A stretch of 64,000 nt of DNA, from positions 79,724 to 143,723 of the forward strand of contig CBFFRQ010000087.1 in NCBI GenBank assembly GCA_965644315.1. Direction: 5' to 3'. Source of the stretch: Caecitellus pseudoparvulus (lineage: Eukaryota; Protista; Bigyra: Bicosoecida). Below are positions 46,203-60,614 of the stretch, piece after piece (the stretch's first letter is position 1; each line of letters starts with the position of its first letter). The position numbers and the translations under genes were made by a program. The notes below the pieces were generated by a model. The model did no database searches, was not told the DNA's origin, and worked only from the letters and a program-made list of their open reading frames with translations.

Positions 46203-49200
46203 TCAGGCGAAGCGCCCCGAGACCAGCTCACCCCGGTGGTTCCGCACCTGCCGCACTGAGGTGGGGCTGGATGCCACCTTGGTGGTCATGTTGCTGCCTC
46301 GTCGACCCCCGCGCTTGCCAGCCGTGACCTTGCCCTGCAGACTGCCCCGCTTGAAGCGGTCCTTGCCTGAGGTCTCCAGGGGGTTGGCTGCGTCCAGGGC
46401 ACCGGAGTCATCGCGGAGGCCAGGCGCCTTGGCACCTGTGCGGTGGCGGCGGCCCTTGTTGCGGACGACGCCGCGGACATGGGCGCCGTGGGAGCGGCGG
46501 TACAGGACGAAACCTGCGACCACAGCAACCACTGCGACCACGCATGCGACGCTGATGAGGGCGATGGCGAGGCCGTCCAGCGCGCTGTCAGAGGTGGAGT
46601 TCTGCGTCTCACGCAGGGAGTAGAAGCCGGCCTCGTCTTCGTCGGCGGTGTTCTCTGTTCCGCGTGGAGGCGCATTGATCTCCATGCCCAGCACCTCTGC
46701 GCCGATGGCCTCTGAGAACGTGCCGGCGCGCATGCGGCCGACAATGGTGTCCACGTGGCCGTACAGCTCGGCGACGTTGGCTTCGTACTGGTCGGGCTCG
46801 TGGGCTGTGCAGGAGCCAGCGACGACAGAGCCTGTGTCTTCGTCGTACTCACAGGTGGTGGGGTCCACTCCATCGCCAGTGGTGGGCGTCCTGCCATCTG
46901 GCTCAGAGCCAGGGCCGGGGTCCACACGACCGTTGGCGGGGATGATGATGAAGGAGACCTTGGTGGATGCCGCCTGCACATCAGCCTCCTGGATGCGGTC
47001 GGGGGGGATGTTCAGCAGAGTGGCCAAGTTGCGCTTGACGTTGCTGCCGTAGAATTCATCCACACTCATGGCAAGGGTCATGTCCAGCTGCACCTCGGTC
47101 TGGCGCACGACGGTGATGGGGGGGAAATCCTCGTGCCCGCGGAACGTCAGCCACAGCGTGAGTGACTGCGGGATGAACACGTTGGTCCCAGCAGGGTCGG
47201 CCGTCGTGGGCAGCGTGTCCACAGTGGTGATGGGCGCCACGAGGGTGTTGCCCACGTACACGTTCATGCGGTAGGGGCGGCGGATGAACAGCCCCAGCAC
47301 GAAGGCCTCGGCGGGGTCCGTGCTGAACCAGTGCATGCGCCAGCGCCCAGGCAGTGTGCCCGTGACGTTCATGACCGTCACGCCGTCAGACGGCATGACC
47401 AGGCCGTGCTGCTGCCCGAAGTAGAAGCGCTTGGCGCAGTTGTCATCCAGGGGTCCGTGGGCGCCGTACCGTGCGACAGTGCCTGACGCCTCGGGGCGCT
47501 GCATGGCGATGGGCTCCAGGCGGCGGAAGCCGCGATCACGGTCCAGTGACTCGGACACAAACGCGTGGCTGGCGGTGATGTCCCCCGTGCACAGCAGGCC
47601 CTGGCCCCAGGCAGGCTTGGACGTGCACGTGTGCCCAACAGTGTAGGTGGGGTCGCGCAGGACGATGCCGCCACTGGCGCCGAAGGAGCTGCCGTCGGTG
47701 TCCTTGATGTACATGTAGTCGAAGGAGTCACAGCCACGTGTGCGGCACTTGGCGTCGGTGTTGGACTCCATGTGCAGGGACACCTTGGCGTCCTCGTCTG
47801 TGCCGGTCCAGTCCGCGCCGGAGATGGTGATAGGCACGGCGGCCTCTGACTGCGTCGGGTTGAACTTGATGGCGAACGAGCCGCTGCCGCACTCCTCTGC
47901 CTTGAAGTTCAACAACTTCGTGCCGGTGATGTGCAGCTCCTGGTGGCGAGTCACCATGAGCCCGTGGCGCTGCTCCCACGGCATGTTGCACAGGCGCTCA
48001 GGCAGTGTGGGTGGCCAGCACGCCTCAGGGGGCAGCAGGGACGTCACGTCAGAGAAGCAGGTCTTGGCACGGTTGGTGTACTGGGGCACCAGGATGCCGA
48101 CGCGGTGGTTGCCAGAGACAGTGCTGGCACAGGCACCCTCCCCGCGCGGATCATCGGCCGTCATGGTGTGGCAGGCGGAGCAGGAGCCCGCCTCTGATGT
48201 GCCGATGATGGTGGAGTCCACGATCCAGGAGTATGACTTGGAAGCGGAGCGGAAGTAGTTCAGACTGACGCCGATGTGGGAGTCGGCCACCGTCACGTCG
48301 TGCAGCAGCATGTGCGACGTCTGGTCGGTCGTGAACACGCCAATGTGGGAGGCTCGCCACACCTTGGCACGCACCAGGCGCTGGCAGTGCACGCGCTCTG
48401 ACAGGTGTGCTCCGATCATGAACATGCCGATGAGAGAAGACACAACCTCATTGTCCACAATGACGGCGCCGGCCGGGCTCTGGTCCTGTCCAGGCACGCA
48501 CAGCTCGGGGCGGAAGGTCATGCCCTGGTCGGCGGAGCCTGCGACCAGGTTGCCGGACATGCTGGCAGGGCGGCCGAACATGTAAATGCCGGCGAAGGGG
48601 TAGATCCACTCCTGGCCCTGGGCGGGGTCGGGCAGGTCGATGTTGTAGCGGACGCTGGCGATGAGGTTGCGGTTGATGCGGGCGCCGTGGGAGCCGGCCT
48701 TGGCGAAGAACACGGCCGAGTCGTACGCTTGCGACACGACGTTGTCCTCGAACTCCAGCCCTGGCACATCGCCCTCCACGCGCAGGATGCGGTTCCAGCT
48801 GCTGACAAAGGCGCAGTTGGAGATGGTGTTCACCGGGCGAGCGTCGGCTGTCGCGGGGGAATCGTCGTCCACGCTGCCGTCCCGCTTGCGGTAGTCCACC
48901 CAAATGGCGCTGTGCTGCATGCCCATCTGGCCACCGCCGATGAACTGCACATTGCTCAAGTGCAGCTTGCCCACGTAGTCCAGGCGCTGCTCGCCGTCGC
49001 CGAAGTCGACGTCCTTGCCGAACTCGCCCACGTGCACGTGGAAGCCGTACATGTCGGGGTAGCGGTTGGATGGGTTGCTCACCTCGTCCACCTCGTCGTG
49101 GTCGGGGTCCAGCACGGCCTCGAACTTGATGCTGCGGGTGAGCATGCCCACCGCCGCGCGCAGCTCCACAGCCTCCCCCGCCAGGGTCTGCACACCTGCA

Positions 49201-52200
49201 AAGTGCTCAGCCGTCAGGGCAGGCGTGAAGGTGAGGACAGACTTGGAGCCGGAGTGGTCCACGGCGGTAAGCGTGACCACTTCTGCGGCGTCGGGGTCGT
49301 CCCCCGTGGGGGTGATGACGATCTGCTGCCCGACGCTCCACTCAGGCACGCGCTGGGTTAGGGTGACGGAGGTGTCACCCACAGCGGCAGTGGAGTCCAG
49401 GCGAGTCCAAGGGGTGGTCACTGGCGCACCGTGCACGGAGACGTTGGCAAAGACACCCATGACCTTGTTGTCCAGGAACTGGGAGTTGTCCAGGATCAAC
49501 GCATCCGACTCCCGCCAGCCATGGAAGCGGATGGTGGCGGGGTGCACGCGTGGCTCGTCGGGGGAGCCAATGTAGATGCCCTTGGCATCTGGCGACGCAG
49601 TGGGCGCGATGACGCCCAGGTTGTGCACGTTCAGGGTGATGGCCTTGGTGTCGTCCAGGGTCAGGCGCCCCGACACGTTCAGCTTGGCCAGGACGGGGGT
49701 GTCCACATCCAGCACCACCCACTTGGTGGGGGGAATGTACACGTCGTCACCTTCAGCTGGCAGGCGGTTGGGCGCACCCTCTGCAATACCCCACTCGCCA
49801 CGCATGTGCTCCCAGGTCTCTGCGTCGCTCCACAGGGACTGCCCCTCCAGGGCTTCGGCACCAGGCACCTGGCAGGCGCCCGGTCGGCACTGGATGTTCT
49901 TGACGAAGATGCGGTGCGTTCCGTACCGTGCCACGTCGGTGTCCCACGGCTGGCCGGCGCTGGCGTTGAAGACGTTGTTCAGCATGACGTACCAGGTGTC
50001 GTTCTTGCCGCCTGGCGTCGTGGGGATGTACCCAGTGCCGAAGACGTCTGTTGGCTCCGGCATGCGCACAGGCTCGTCGGGGAACTCATCAATGGCGCCA
50101 AGAGGGCGGATCTCCGTCTCGTTGACGCTGGTCTCGCCCTCGCCCCAGTAGTCAGTGACGTCGTTCCCGTACAGCACCTTGTTGCGCCAGCGGTACGAGG
50201 TCCAGTTGGTGCTCAGTCCAACCCACTCGTCGGCATTCACGTGTGTTCCGACGTAGTCGGGCTCAGAGTACCGGATCTGCAGCTTCTCCCAGTCCATGAT
50301 GGTGTCCAGCTCAAAGTGCACCCACCGCCGGGTGACGAGTGGGAACACCCACCCTGCCAGCTCCTTGTATCGGAAGGACACGGACGCCTTCATGTGCCCC
50401 ATGACGTTACCGGCGGCATCGCGCGGGGCGACGTCCATGCGGTAGCCACGCAGGTCATCAGGCGCGTACCTGTTGATCTGCATGCGGCGCACCTCCACGT
50501 TGGAGTCGCAGAGGATGCCACTGTCGTACGTGTCAGCGGAGCCCACCGAGCAGTGCGGGGCGAACTCGTTGAAGGACCAGGGGGCCGACAGCCACGTCGC
50601 AGGGCCCATCCCCGTCAGCGTGCCGTCCAAGTCGTAGAAGATGGTCTTCTTGGGGCCCGTCCACAGCACGCGCTTGGGCGTGTTCACGAACGTCAGGCCC
50701 TGCGTGCGCACTGTGTACCCGCCCTGCTTCAGAGCAGTCTGGTCGTCACACTTGGCGCAGCCACGCAGGGCACCCGAGGCGCCGTAGTTGATGAACGTCA
50801 CATTCTTCACGTGCATGAACTCGTTCTGCGGGTTCCAAATGGCAGCCTTGCCAAGGTCCGTCGTCGGCGTGACGCCGTTCATGCGGCCCAGGAAGAGGCC
50901 GTTCACGACGTTAGGATCGTCGGCGTGGTACTTGACGTCAATGAGCTTGGTCCAGAACAGGTCAGACATGGAGTTCTCGCCCAGCTTGGGGTTGATGTGG
51001 TGCAAGTCGCCGTTCTTCTTGCCGAAGATGCCGTGGTTGCCGTTGCGGAAGGAGGTGAAGTTGTAGAAATACATCTGGAAGGGGTTGGGGCGGTCGGCAC
51101 AGGGGTCGTGGTAGGGCAGCACGACGGGGTACAGGCGCAGCCCATGCACGCCGTTGGAGTGCGCGGTGTTGTTGAAGAAGCCGCCCAGGTGGTCGTGCAC
51201 GGGGCAGATGGTCTGCGTGAAGGAGGGGCCGTGGGGGTGCCCCGGCAGCTCCAGCCAGTAGCCGTCGTTGGTGCAGCCAGCTGCGCGGTTGTGGCGCCAG
51301 AACTGGCGGGGAGAGGCAGTCCAGAATGATGCCGGCTTGATGTCGGACTTGAGGCAGGCAGTGCACTTGAGCGTGACGGCCACGAGGTTCTCCTCAATCA
51401 CGTTGAACTCCTCAGCGCCGTCCTCCACGAAAATGGAGTGACCCTTGACGTGGTACCCGAAGTTGTGCTTGACGTTGAAGTGCCGCACGCCGTGGATGGT
51501 GGTGATGCGCTGGAAGGAGTGGTGGATGGAGTTGCTCTGCACGTAGGAGCGGGAGAACTCCCCTGCCATGTGCCCGTGCGTGCAGTACCGTCCCAGCAGG
51601 AAGGACTGCCCGCACCGGCGCACCTCCGTGTGAGAAATGCGGTACGTGCCGCCACCCATGGCCATGGTGTGGGCGCCAAAGTTCTGCGCTGTGGACCACT
51701 CGTCGCCCTGGATGACCACCTTGCGCGTCAGCAGGCCCACCTCGCCTCGCATGTCCATGTCCGAGTGCCCGTAGGCGCCCGCCTCGAACACGTCGGCGCG
51801 GTGGTCGTGCTTAAAGGTGCCCTGGATGCGGTACCGTGTCGTGAAGCCGTCCCCATCCGTGTTCAGCGCTGCAGCCAGCACCACCTCCTCCGCCTCGGAG
51901 AACCGCGTGCTGGTGGAGGGCAGGACGACAGTGGCGCCGACGGGCCAGTCCACAGGGTTGGCCAGCTCGAACTCGTTCGTGCCGGCGAGGACGTGGGCGT
52001 CCTTCTTGAGCAGCGTCCAGGCACGGCGCATGGGCGGCCCGTGCACGTCCAAGAAGCCCATGGCGTCGGCAGACACTGCGGCGCCGTTGGAGGTGTCCGT
52101 GCCGGCGCGGTCCAGGACTGCCAGCACCTTGGCGCCGATCTGCGGGATTTCAATGTTCTTGTACCGGTCTCCGTGCAGGGTGATGGTGGCGTGGTTCATC

Positions 52201-55200
52201 ATGGGGGCGGTCTCCGTGCCCACCTCGAAGCGCCCGCCGTGCACCATGATGTACGTGGCGTCCAGCGTCAGGCCGTCGGCAGCCGTGTCCCAAATCAGCT
52301 CACCCTGCACGACCAGCAGGAAGACATCCACGTTGGTGTCCAGCAGCAGGGCCTGGCCGGGGGGAATGATGACACTGTCCCCTGGGCGGGGGATGTCGCC
52401 GAAGCGCCAGGATGTCGCTGCCGACCACGGGTCCAGGTACCGGAAGCGCACGTCCAGGGCGACCTCAGCGTCGCCTCGGCCAGGCACGTTTACGACGATG
52501 GAGGGTGGTGCAATCGCACTCAAGTCGCGAGCTGAGGTCGTGCAGGTGATGGCAGTGTCCACCACGGCGGTCACGGAGCAGGGGACGCCGTTGAGGGCGA
52601 CGGTGACTCCGGCCGACACGGAGCCGAAGCCTGTGCCTGACAGGGTAACAGTGGAGCCACCCAGAGATCCCACGTGGTCGGGGGTGACGCCGGTCACGTA
52701 GGGCGTGTTGGCGGCGGTGAGCGTCACTGCGGCAGCGGACGTCACGGCATCGGCGCGGGTGGCGGGCGCCGTCAGTTCCTCCGGGCTGCCGCAGTTCTCA
52801 GGTGGCGCCACCTCCACGTCGCAGGCCCCAGCTGCCGCGGCAGTGGACACGGTGACGCCGATGAACTCCACTTCGTTGAAGCGGCACTGCGCCCCCGAGT
52901 CCTGGGCTGCGAAACGCAGGAAACGCCAGGAAGGCAGGCCGCCCAGAGCGGTGCCTTCTGGGTGCACGCCCCCCACACCGACGAGGGTGATGACGTTCCA
53001 GCCTTCCGTGGGGCGCTGGGTGATGGTGGCGATGTCTGTCCAGGTGGTGCCGTCGTTGGAGCCCTGGAAGGAGCCGCCAACGGGGGCGCTGAATCGGCGC
53101 CAGGTGGCATACCACCGGATGCGGGTGAGGATGGCTGCGGAGCCGGCGCCGACATCCAGGCCCACGGCGCAGTCAGGTGACGCGTCGTCGACGACAGACT
53201 GCAGGGAGCCGTCGAATGCCGAGATGGAGGCGTAGATGTCGTCTCCCAGCAGTGGCGCACCGGGTGCGGGGGGGATGACGTTCACCTGGTGCGAGGCGAA
53301 GGTGTCCAGGGAGGAAGGCGTCACGAGGCGGGGTGTGCGCACGGTGAGGGAAGTGGAGGTCGCGCTGTCAACAGTGGCGGGCACGCCGCACACCTTGACA
53401 ACGTTGGGAGTGTTAGCACAGGTGGGGTGCTCGTTGGAGCCGGAGGGATCCGACTCCCCAGCGGACGCGGTAGCGGCGGAGAAGCCGCTGCCGGAAATTG
53501 TAAGCTGGGCGTTTCCGCCGAAACCGCCCGTGCCGGAGACACCTGACACGGTCAGGGCCGTGGTAAGGGTGGCGCCAGCGGGGTCGACGCCGATGCGGCC
53601 GGTGTTCCCAGCGCCGAACACGACGGGGACGTACGCACCAGCAGGGGGGTTGGCCACTGAGCACGTGATGGCGGTGTCAGTCCACGTCGCGACGGCGCAC
53701 TCCGCTCCGCCCAGGAACACTGAGCCTGTGGCGTTGCCCAGCCCCATGCCAGCCAGCGTCAGCGTGGTGCCTGGCGTCACTGTCGCCGGCGTGGCGGAGC
53801 CGATGCCAGCCGTGGCGGTTGGCGCCACCCATGTGGCGACGTTGGGCACGTTCTGCACTGCCGCGCCGTCGGTGGTCTGCACAGCCACGGTGATGGCGTG
53901 GTTGCCCACAGGCAGCACTGGGCTCAGCACGGTGATGGAGGTGGGGGAGGAGGAGGTGATGATGCCTGGCGTGTTGCCAAAGTTGACGAAGTTGCCGCGG
54001 GACGCCGTCTCGAAGCCCCAGCCGGTGATGGTGACCTCGGTGCCGCCCAGGTTCGAGCCTGTGGTGGGGGTCACGGAATCCACAGCCAGGTCATACGTCG
54101 CACTGGCGTCGGGGCAGGTGGCTGTGCCAGCAGGGGTGGTGACGACGACGGAGTAGGAGCCGATGGGCAGGGCTGGCAGGTCGCAGGTGATGGAGGTCGC
54201 GGTCGCAGAAGTCACGGTGCAGGCCTTGCCACCCACCTTCACGTCGCTGGTGCCGGCCAGGGTGGTGCCGGTGATAGTCAGCACACGGGGATCGCCGCTC
54301 TGGTCCACCCCAGAGCAGGCGCCAGTGGCGTCCTTGCGCCAGGTCCACTCGCAGGCGGCGCCGCCTGGCAGGTCGCAGGCGGCGACCACGCGGTTCGTGC
54401 GCATGTCCAGGCGGGCCGTGAGGGTGTCCAGGGTGCCGTCGGGGTCGACGTGGGTAGGCACGACCACGGGCGGAACACGGAACACGATGGAGGTGGGGGA
54501 GTAGGAGAGAATCTCGCCCTCGAAGCGCCCCCGCTGCTCGGACCAGCCGCTGCCCTCCACAATGAGCAAGGCTTCGTTGGTGTTGGAGCGGTTGGCGAAG
54601 CCGGAGCCGGTGGCCGTGACGATCGCGCCGCCTGCCCAGGAGCCAGAGGTCATGGACAGGCCTGTAACGGCGAAAGTGGTGTCAAGCGTGTGGCCGTTGG
54701 TGCGCGCGTTGCCCTGGCCAGGCACGAAGACAGTGGGTGCCACGGTGGCGCTGCCGCTGGGCTCCCCGCGCAGTAGGGTGCAGGTGATGACGCCGCCAGT
54801 CATGGTCAGGTCTGTGCAGGGCCGGTCGCCAAAGGTGACTTGGACGGGGGTGCTGTCGGGGGTGATGTCGGTGGTGATGGTGACGGTGCCAGAGACAGCG
54901 GTGGACAGTGTGGATGGGGTCAGGGCGGTGACGTCAGGCGTCACGGCGTCGTCGTACGTGAAGGTGGCGACGGGGCCATCGGCGTTCACGTGCACGTCTG
55001 CGGCGGCAGTGGCGAGTGCACGAGCTCGGATCGCGCGTCGGCTGAGCCCGCTGGGCACCACACACGTGAGCGTCGTGTGGCTGGCACTCTTGACAACGCA
55101 CGCGTCGGCAGCGGTGTTCCAGGCGCCCACGTACACGTTGTTCTGCGCTGCGTCGGCGGAGAAGCCGGTGCCGCTGATGGTGAGCAGGGAGCCGCCGGCA

Positions 55201-58200
55201 TAGGAGCCAGTGGCCGGGCTGACAGAGGTCACGCTCTGGGTGTAGGTGAAGGTGGCAGCGGAGGTGGCCAGGCCAATGCCACCAGCCACCAGCACCTGCA
55301 CAGTGTGGACCCCAGCGTTGCCGTGGGACAGTGTGCAGGTGATGCTGGTGTCAGTGACTGCCGTGGCGGCGCAGGTGGCCTCGCCCAGAGTCACACTGAC
55401 GGCGTCCGAGTCACTGCCGAAGCCCGTGCCGGTGATGGTGAGGGAGTCACCTGCCTGCCCCGTTGCGGGTGTGATGCCTGAAACGGCCGGTGTCAGGGTC
55501 GCGTCATACGTGAAGGTGCAGGAGAAGTTGGAGCCAGGGACAAAGTCTGCTGCGTTGCACGCGGCGCCCACACCGTTCACAGCCACGGTGACGGGCAGGG
55601 CGGGTGCCACGGAGCCCGACGCGGCGGGGTCGCGGTCCAGAGCTGTGCGGAAGTACTGCATGGGGATGGCATCCGTCACCCAGGTGTCAGCGTCGCCGTT
55701 CCAGATCGTGTCAGCCTCGGCACGGGCGCCAGAGCCTTCCAGGCCTGAGCCGTCCACGGATACCCCAGGACGCCCACCAGCGGGGGAGATGATAGTGATG
55801 ACGTACCGGCGCGAGTCAGCGCCGTTGCCATCGCGAGTCACCTGCACCACCGACGTGTCAGGGACGTTGGTGGACCAGCCGAACAGGTCGCGCACGGCGT
55901 TTGCGACCTGCCCAGTGCTGGCGTCGTTGGACAGCGGTGCAGAGGTCTGGCCACCAGCGGACATGGTCCAGGTGCCGGACAGGGGAGTGGACGGGCCACG
56001 CACCCGTGTCCAGGTGCTAATGTCCCAAGACGACGCAGACACGCCGCCCTCACTGAGGCGGCTCGCGGCCTGTGTCAGGCGTGCCTCGAAGCCGGGCCAG
56101 TTGCCGTTGCGGGGGCAGTGCACGGTGATGGTGTACTTCCACCCCGTCGCCGCCAGGCGTGCGGCAGTTTGGGCTGGCGTTTCCGACGCGCCGGCGGCAG
56201 GGCCGACGGAGGTCTTGGACACAGACACACTGCCGCAGCCGGGGTACACCTTGTGCTTGAGTTGGTTCGCGACGTGCCCCGTGGAGGAGGCGCCCGTCAT
56301 GGCGGCGGCGTCTTCGTGGAACGAGGATGCGCCGTTGGCGCGGAATTTGAAAGGTGAGTCGTTGGCCAGGCCCAGGAAGGTGATTTCCTGCACCTCCCGC
56401 ACGACGTTGGTGCGCAGGTCAACCTCCCACACCTCGGGCAGGGAGGATTCGGCACGTGCGACGGGGTGGTCGGCAGCCGTCGCGAGGGCGTCGCGGATGC
56501 GCAGGCCGCCCTGGAAGTAATCCCCACCCCAGCTCTCAATGTGCGTGGCCTTGAACCAGTAGGGCGTGCCAGCGGTGAGGCTGCGCCAGCTGGAGACGGG
56601 GCGAGGGGACACGCCCGCCTTGATGGCAGCTGCCTGGGCGTCGGCGAGGCTGGAGTTGTACGAGAAGGAGTCTGCGACCTTCACGGCGTTGGCGGGGTCG
56701 GCGTCGGTGGACAGCCAGATTTCCGCACCATCGTCGGCGAAGGCGGTGAAGGCATAGTCAGCCGAGAGGGGCGGGACGAAGAAGCCAGTCCACTCCTCGG
56801 CGTACGACTGGCGGGAGCTGGTGTCGCTGTGCTCCCCGGTGGTCGCACGCGCCGACACCAGCGCGTTGGTGTGCACTTGCACGGAGGCGGGTGCCCCAGC
56901 GAAGGAGTCAGAGTTCCACTCGCGCCGGATCAAGCCATGCCCGGCTGGGACGAGGCGGCTGGTCGTGTCGTCACTGGCGGGCGCGGCGCCCAGTGTGCAG
57001 GTGATGTCAGTGGACGTCACCTCCTCCACAGCGCAGGGGGCCGTGCCGACCATGACGGTGTTGCGATCGGCAGCTTCCGGGTCAAAGCCCGTGCCGGTGA
57101 CGACGAGGGTGGCACCACCATTGGCACCGCCCTGTCCGATGGAGGTGCTCTTCACCACTGGCACCACCGTCACATCCCATGCCTCGTCGGTCACGGGGTC
57201 CACCGACCGCAGGCCATGGTCGACGGCAGCGGCGCCACCACCGTAACCCGTGGACTCATCCACACGCAGGTAGCGCTGGTGGCGCCCTGCAGGGGTGTTG
57301 GGCACGCCACACCACCACCAGTAGTCGCCCCACCGAGCCCGGTTGGGGAAGGATTCCAGTTCGTCGGTGGGGGCGGCCTCGCGGTCGCGCGTCATGGCTG
57401 CCAGGTCGGCATACAGCTCGTGGTCGTACGCGCAGGTGGCCTCACCGAAACGCGTCGTGAAGTCGGCCAGCGCAGTGCCACGCATGTAGCCGTGCATGTG
57501 GTAGTTGTCTCCCGCCGCCACGGAGCGGTCGGCGTGCTGCACATGGGGCTGCTCGTAGCCAGTTCCGTAGTAAAACGAGCACGAGCCGTGGCAGTTGGCT
57601 TGGTCGGCGATGCCGGGAGCGAACAGGGACACGGTCACGTCGACCCAGCCTGTTGCTGCGTTGCCTGTGGAGAAAGAAAAGGGGTGTGGAGGGTGGCTGA
57701 AGGCGTCGCCTGGGGTCTCATGTGCCTTGGGCTTGGCGTGGCGGCGGCGGCGGCACACCAGAGGCAGTGACGCACTTTGGGGGCGGGTGTAGCAGACGAT
57801 CTGGCCGTCGTTGGAGTTGTACTGTTCGACGTCACAGGGAACATTGCCAAAGAGCACGTCTTGGGTCCTGGGCGGGGGGGCAGGTGGCGGAGTGTGTGCT
57901 GCTTGCTCAAAGCGAAGCACGAGCAGCGGCGTGGTGCGCCGTTCGAAAGCGCTGTCGAAGCAAGCGCGCGGCCACGGCGCGTGGCATGTGCGGAAAGGTC
58001 CCAGCGAGGGGCACTTGGACACAGACACCAAGCTACACGCTGGTAACAGGCCTTGCGCCGGCGTGGGCGGCGTCAGTCACGGTGAGTGCAGTCGGCGGCA
58101 GCAGCACTCTGTGGCAATGCAGCAGCGGGGAGAGCAAGCAACGTACCCGTCCAATCCGCCCGCAGCGAAGCCGTAGCCCTTGATGGTGACCTTTGTACAA

Positions 58201-58460
58201 CCCTGCAGAAGGCAATGCCGGGAGTGTGTCGGGAGCCAGCGTGTGAGTCACGGGGAAAGCGCGTGCGTGAGTGTGCCGTGCCGTGCGCCCTGCCCGTCTG
58301 AAACGCCGCCGGCGTCGTGTTCGCGCGGAGCAGCAGGACGCACCTGGGCGCTGCCTCGGCGAGGTTCGATTTCGTAGATGCCAGACTTGTGGATGCCGTT
58401 GCCCACAGCGCTGGCGACGGCAGCACAGGCTGCCAGCAGCACCATCACGGCGCGGGCCAT
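46203..58460 (-). CDS. Fibrocystin-L/PKHD1L1-like giant type-I membrane protein (IPT/TIG, PA14, discoidin-like, two G8 + beta-helix regions, SEA-like, TM)
   Basis: Signal peptide MARAVMVLLAACAAVASA at 58460 and three inferred 5' introns. Many TIG repeats (GGT.VTITGxGF...ITC). PA14 segment (FVPPLSADYAF..DDG). G8 starts WSAATSW..GDSVIIP and WSDAETW..GDDVYIP. Motifs EVGLLTRKVVIQG and GRYCTHGH. TM helix at ~46500-46575. Confidence 0.88.
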
Positions 58461-58755
58461 GGTGCAGTGCACTTCGACGCAAGGGCACTCGCACGGAGCA
58501 CCTCACAGCGCGCTGTGCTGCACGGAGCGAGCTCCCTGGTCACAGGAAGCGAGAGGGTTGCAAGAACTTGGTTGCCACTCAGCAGATGAGTGGGCAAGGC
58601 AGGTTGGTTTTGCCCTGCTGCCGCGGCACCAGGCCCAACTGGCCTCTCCAACGACTGAGTGCAGCGCCGCCCAGCGTAGTGGACACCGGCCGCCACACGT
58701 GCCCTGGGTCCTCCATGCATTCTGCGTACTGGCACGCTGCCCGGGGTCACCAGGC

Positions 58756-60479
58756 TTAGGCGGAGCCAGAGGCGCCTGCGGCGCCATCGGGTGCAGCCGG
58801 CTTCAAGTCGAAGTCAGTCCCCGTCACGCGCCTCCATGTATCCAGCACCTCCCGTGCAACAGACTCGAAGTGAGACGTCGCGTCCAGGGAAGACATGACG
58901 AAGAGGTTGTCCTTGGTGCCGTCGTCCGTCGGCACGAACGTCTCTGTGATGTTGTCGAAACGGTACAGCAGGTCGCCGCAGAGTTCAATACCGGGCCCCA
59001 CCTCCGCCTGCGGCGTGGCCGTCTCGGCAATGGTGGAGATGATGGCGAGATACTTGCCGTCAGCCACGACGTTGTGCTGGCGCGACAGCACCGTCATGTA
59101 AATGTCGTGCTGGCGCTTCACCTGCTTTTGCGGGATGATGACCTGTGCGCTGGCCGCGTCCTTGATCTGGGCGATAGGGTGGTCCAGCAGCGCCAGCGTG
59201 CGCACGATGCGCCCTGTGGACCTCTTGCGGTCAGCGGGGGCGAAGTCAGGGGAGCAGATGACGATGGGCGCCGAGGCGGCACTGTCCCCCACGCGCACAC
59301 CGGCAACCTTGCCCTCGCTGAACAGGATCTCGTCCACCTGCTGGTTCAGCATGAAGATGCCACCTCGCACGGCACAGACGCGGGAGAACGCCTCTGGCAG
59401 CGTGCTCAGGCCGTACACGGGGTACAGGTAGGGGCTCTTGGTGTGGGCGGCGAGCGAGTAGGCGTACAGCTGCACGGCCTTGATGAGGTCGAGGGCGGGG
59501 CGGGTCAGGTAACTGTCGTCAGCCTGCAGGGCCATGGCGTGCCCGACGAAGTCGATGGCGCCCTCGTCCAGTCCGAACTTGGCGTACAGCTCTGCGGCCG
59601 TCTGGCTCGTCGCGTTGAAGTCCTTGTGTGTGGACGCGTCGTCCTCCTTCCAGGCAGACACGTACATGAGGAAGTTGCGCAGGCCGCGCTTGCCCCACAT
59701 GGACACCAGCCCCGTGGACAGGGCCTCTGACTCCGTCGCCGGCACCTTGTGCAGCAGCTGCGCCTTGCCCCACAGCATGCTGTCGGTGGCGTGCTTGTAC
59801 ACGTAGCTGCCGTCGATGAGGCGGAAGTCCAGGTAGTCCTGCGCGTTCATCTTCAGCAAGATCTTCACCAACAGCCCGTCGGCCATGACGAACTTGGGCA
59901 CCAGGTCCACGCAGTAGTCCCTGCGTCGCGCGGCGAGGCAGAGTGTGGCCAGCGTGCCAGCGGCGTTTCACGTTGCCGCAGGCTTGGCGGCGACAGCGCC
60001 TCGCCACGTGCCACGCACCGGTTGTCGCCGAGCTTGCCCTTGAAGGCAGCACTGGCACTCTCAGACTTGGGGTCAACGAACTTCTGGTGCAGCTCCTGCA
60101 GGGGGCAGGGCGGCGGCAGTGCGTGGCGCTGGCTGCAGCAACGCGGGGCGTTGCAGGCCGCACGTCAAGGTTCAGAGAGGCGGCTTCCCCACCGTAGTAG
60201 CCATTGTGGTCCACAACCAACACCTGCACACGGCGTATGGCGCAGGGGTGCATCAGGCGCCGCAGCGCCAGCCGAGCGACGCTCAGCGGTGTGGCGTGGT
60301 GCGAGCAAATTCCGCACCCGCTTGCCCTGCTCCAGGGTCAGCATGCCTGCCAGCAGCACTTGCTGCAGGCCCGTGCCGAGGATGATGGCGTCATACTCGC
60401 CGTCAGCCAGGCTGCTGTACTCCTTGCCGTCGATGGTGACGGAGGCAGGTGGCTCCTGTGGCGTTGCCTCGGCAGCCAT
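58756..60479 (-). CDS. GDI: Rab GDP-dissociation inhibitor
   Basis: Motifs YDAIILGTGL, DHNGYYGGEAASLNL, DLVPKFVMADG, DFVGHAMAL, SPYLYPVYGL and DATSHFE. Three GT-AG introns in the 5' part. Confidence 0.95.
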
Positions 60480-60614
60480 GGTGGTGGTGTGGTGCAGCGG
60501 CGCTGTGAGCAGTGCGCAGGAAGCTCAGTGGGGGGGGCTTCGGCGTGGGTTTGAGGGCGGTTGTTTGAGTTGTTGTGCTGGTTCATTGCTGCACTGTGCA
60601 GCCCAGTGGCAGGC

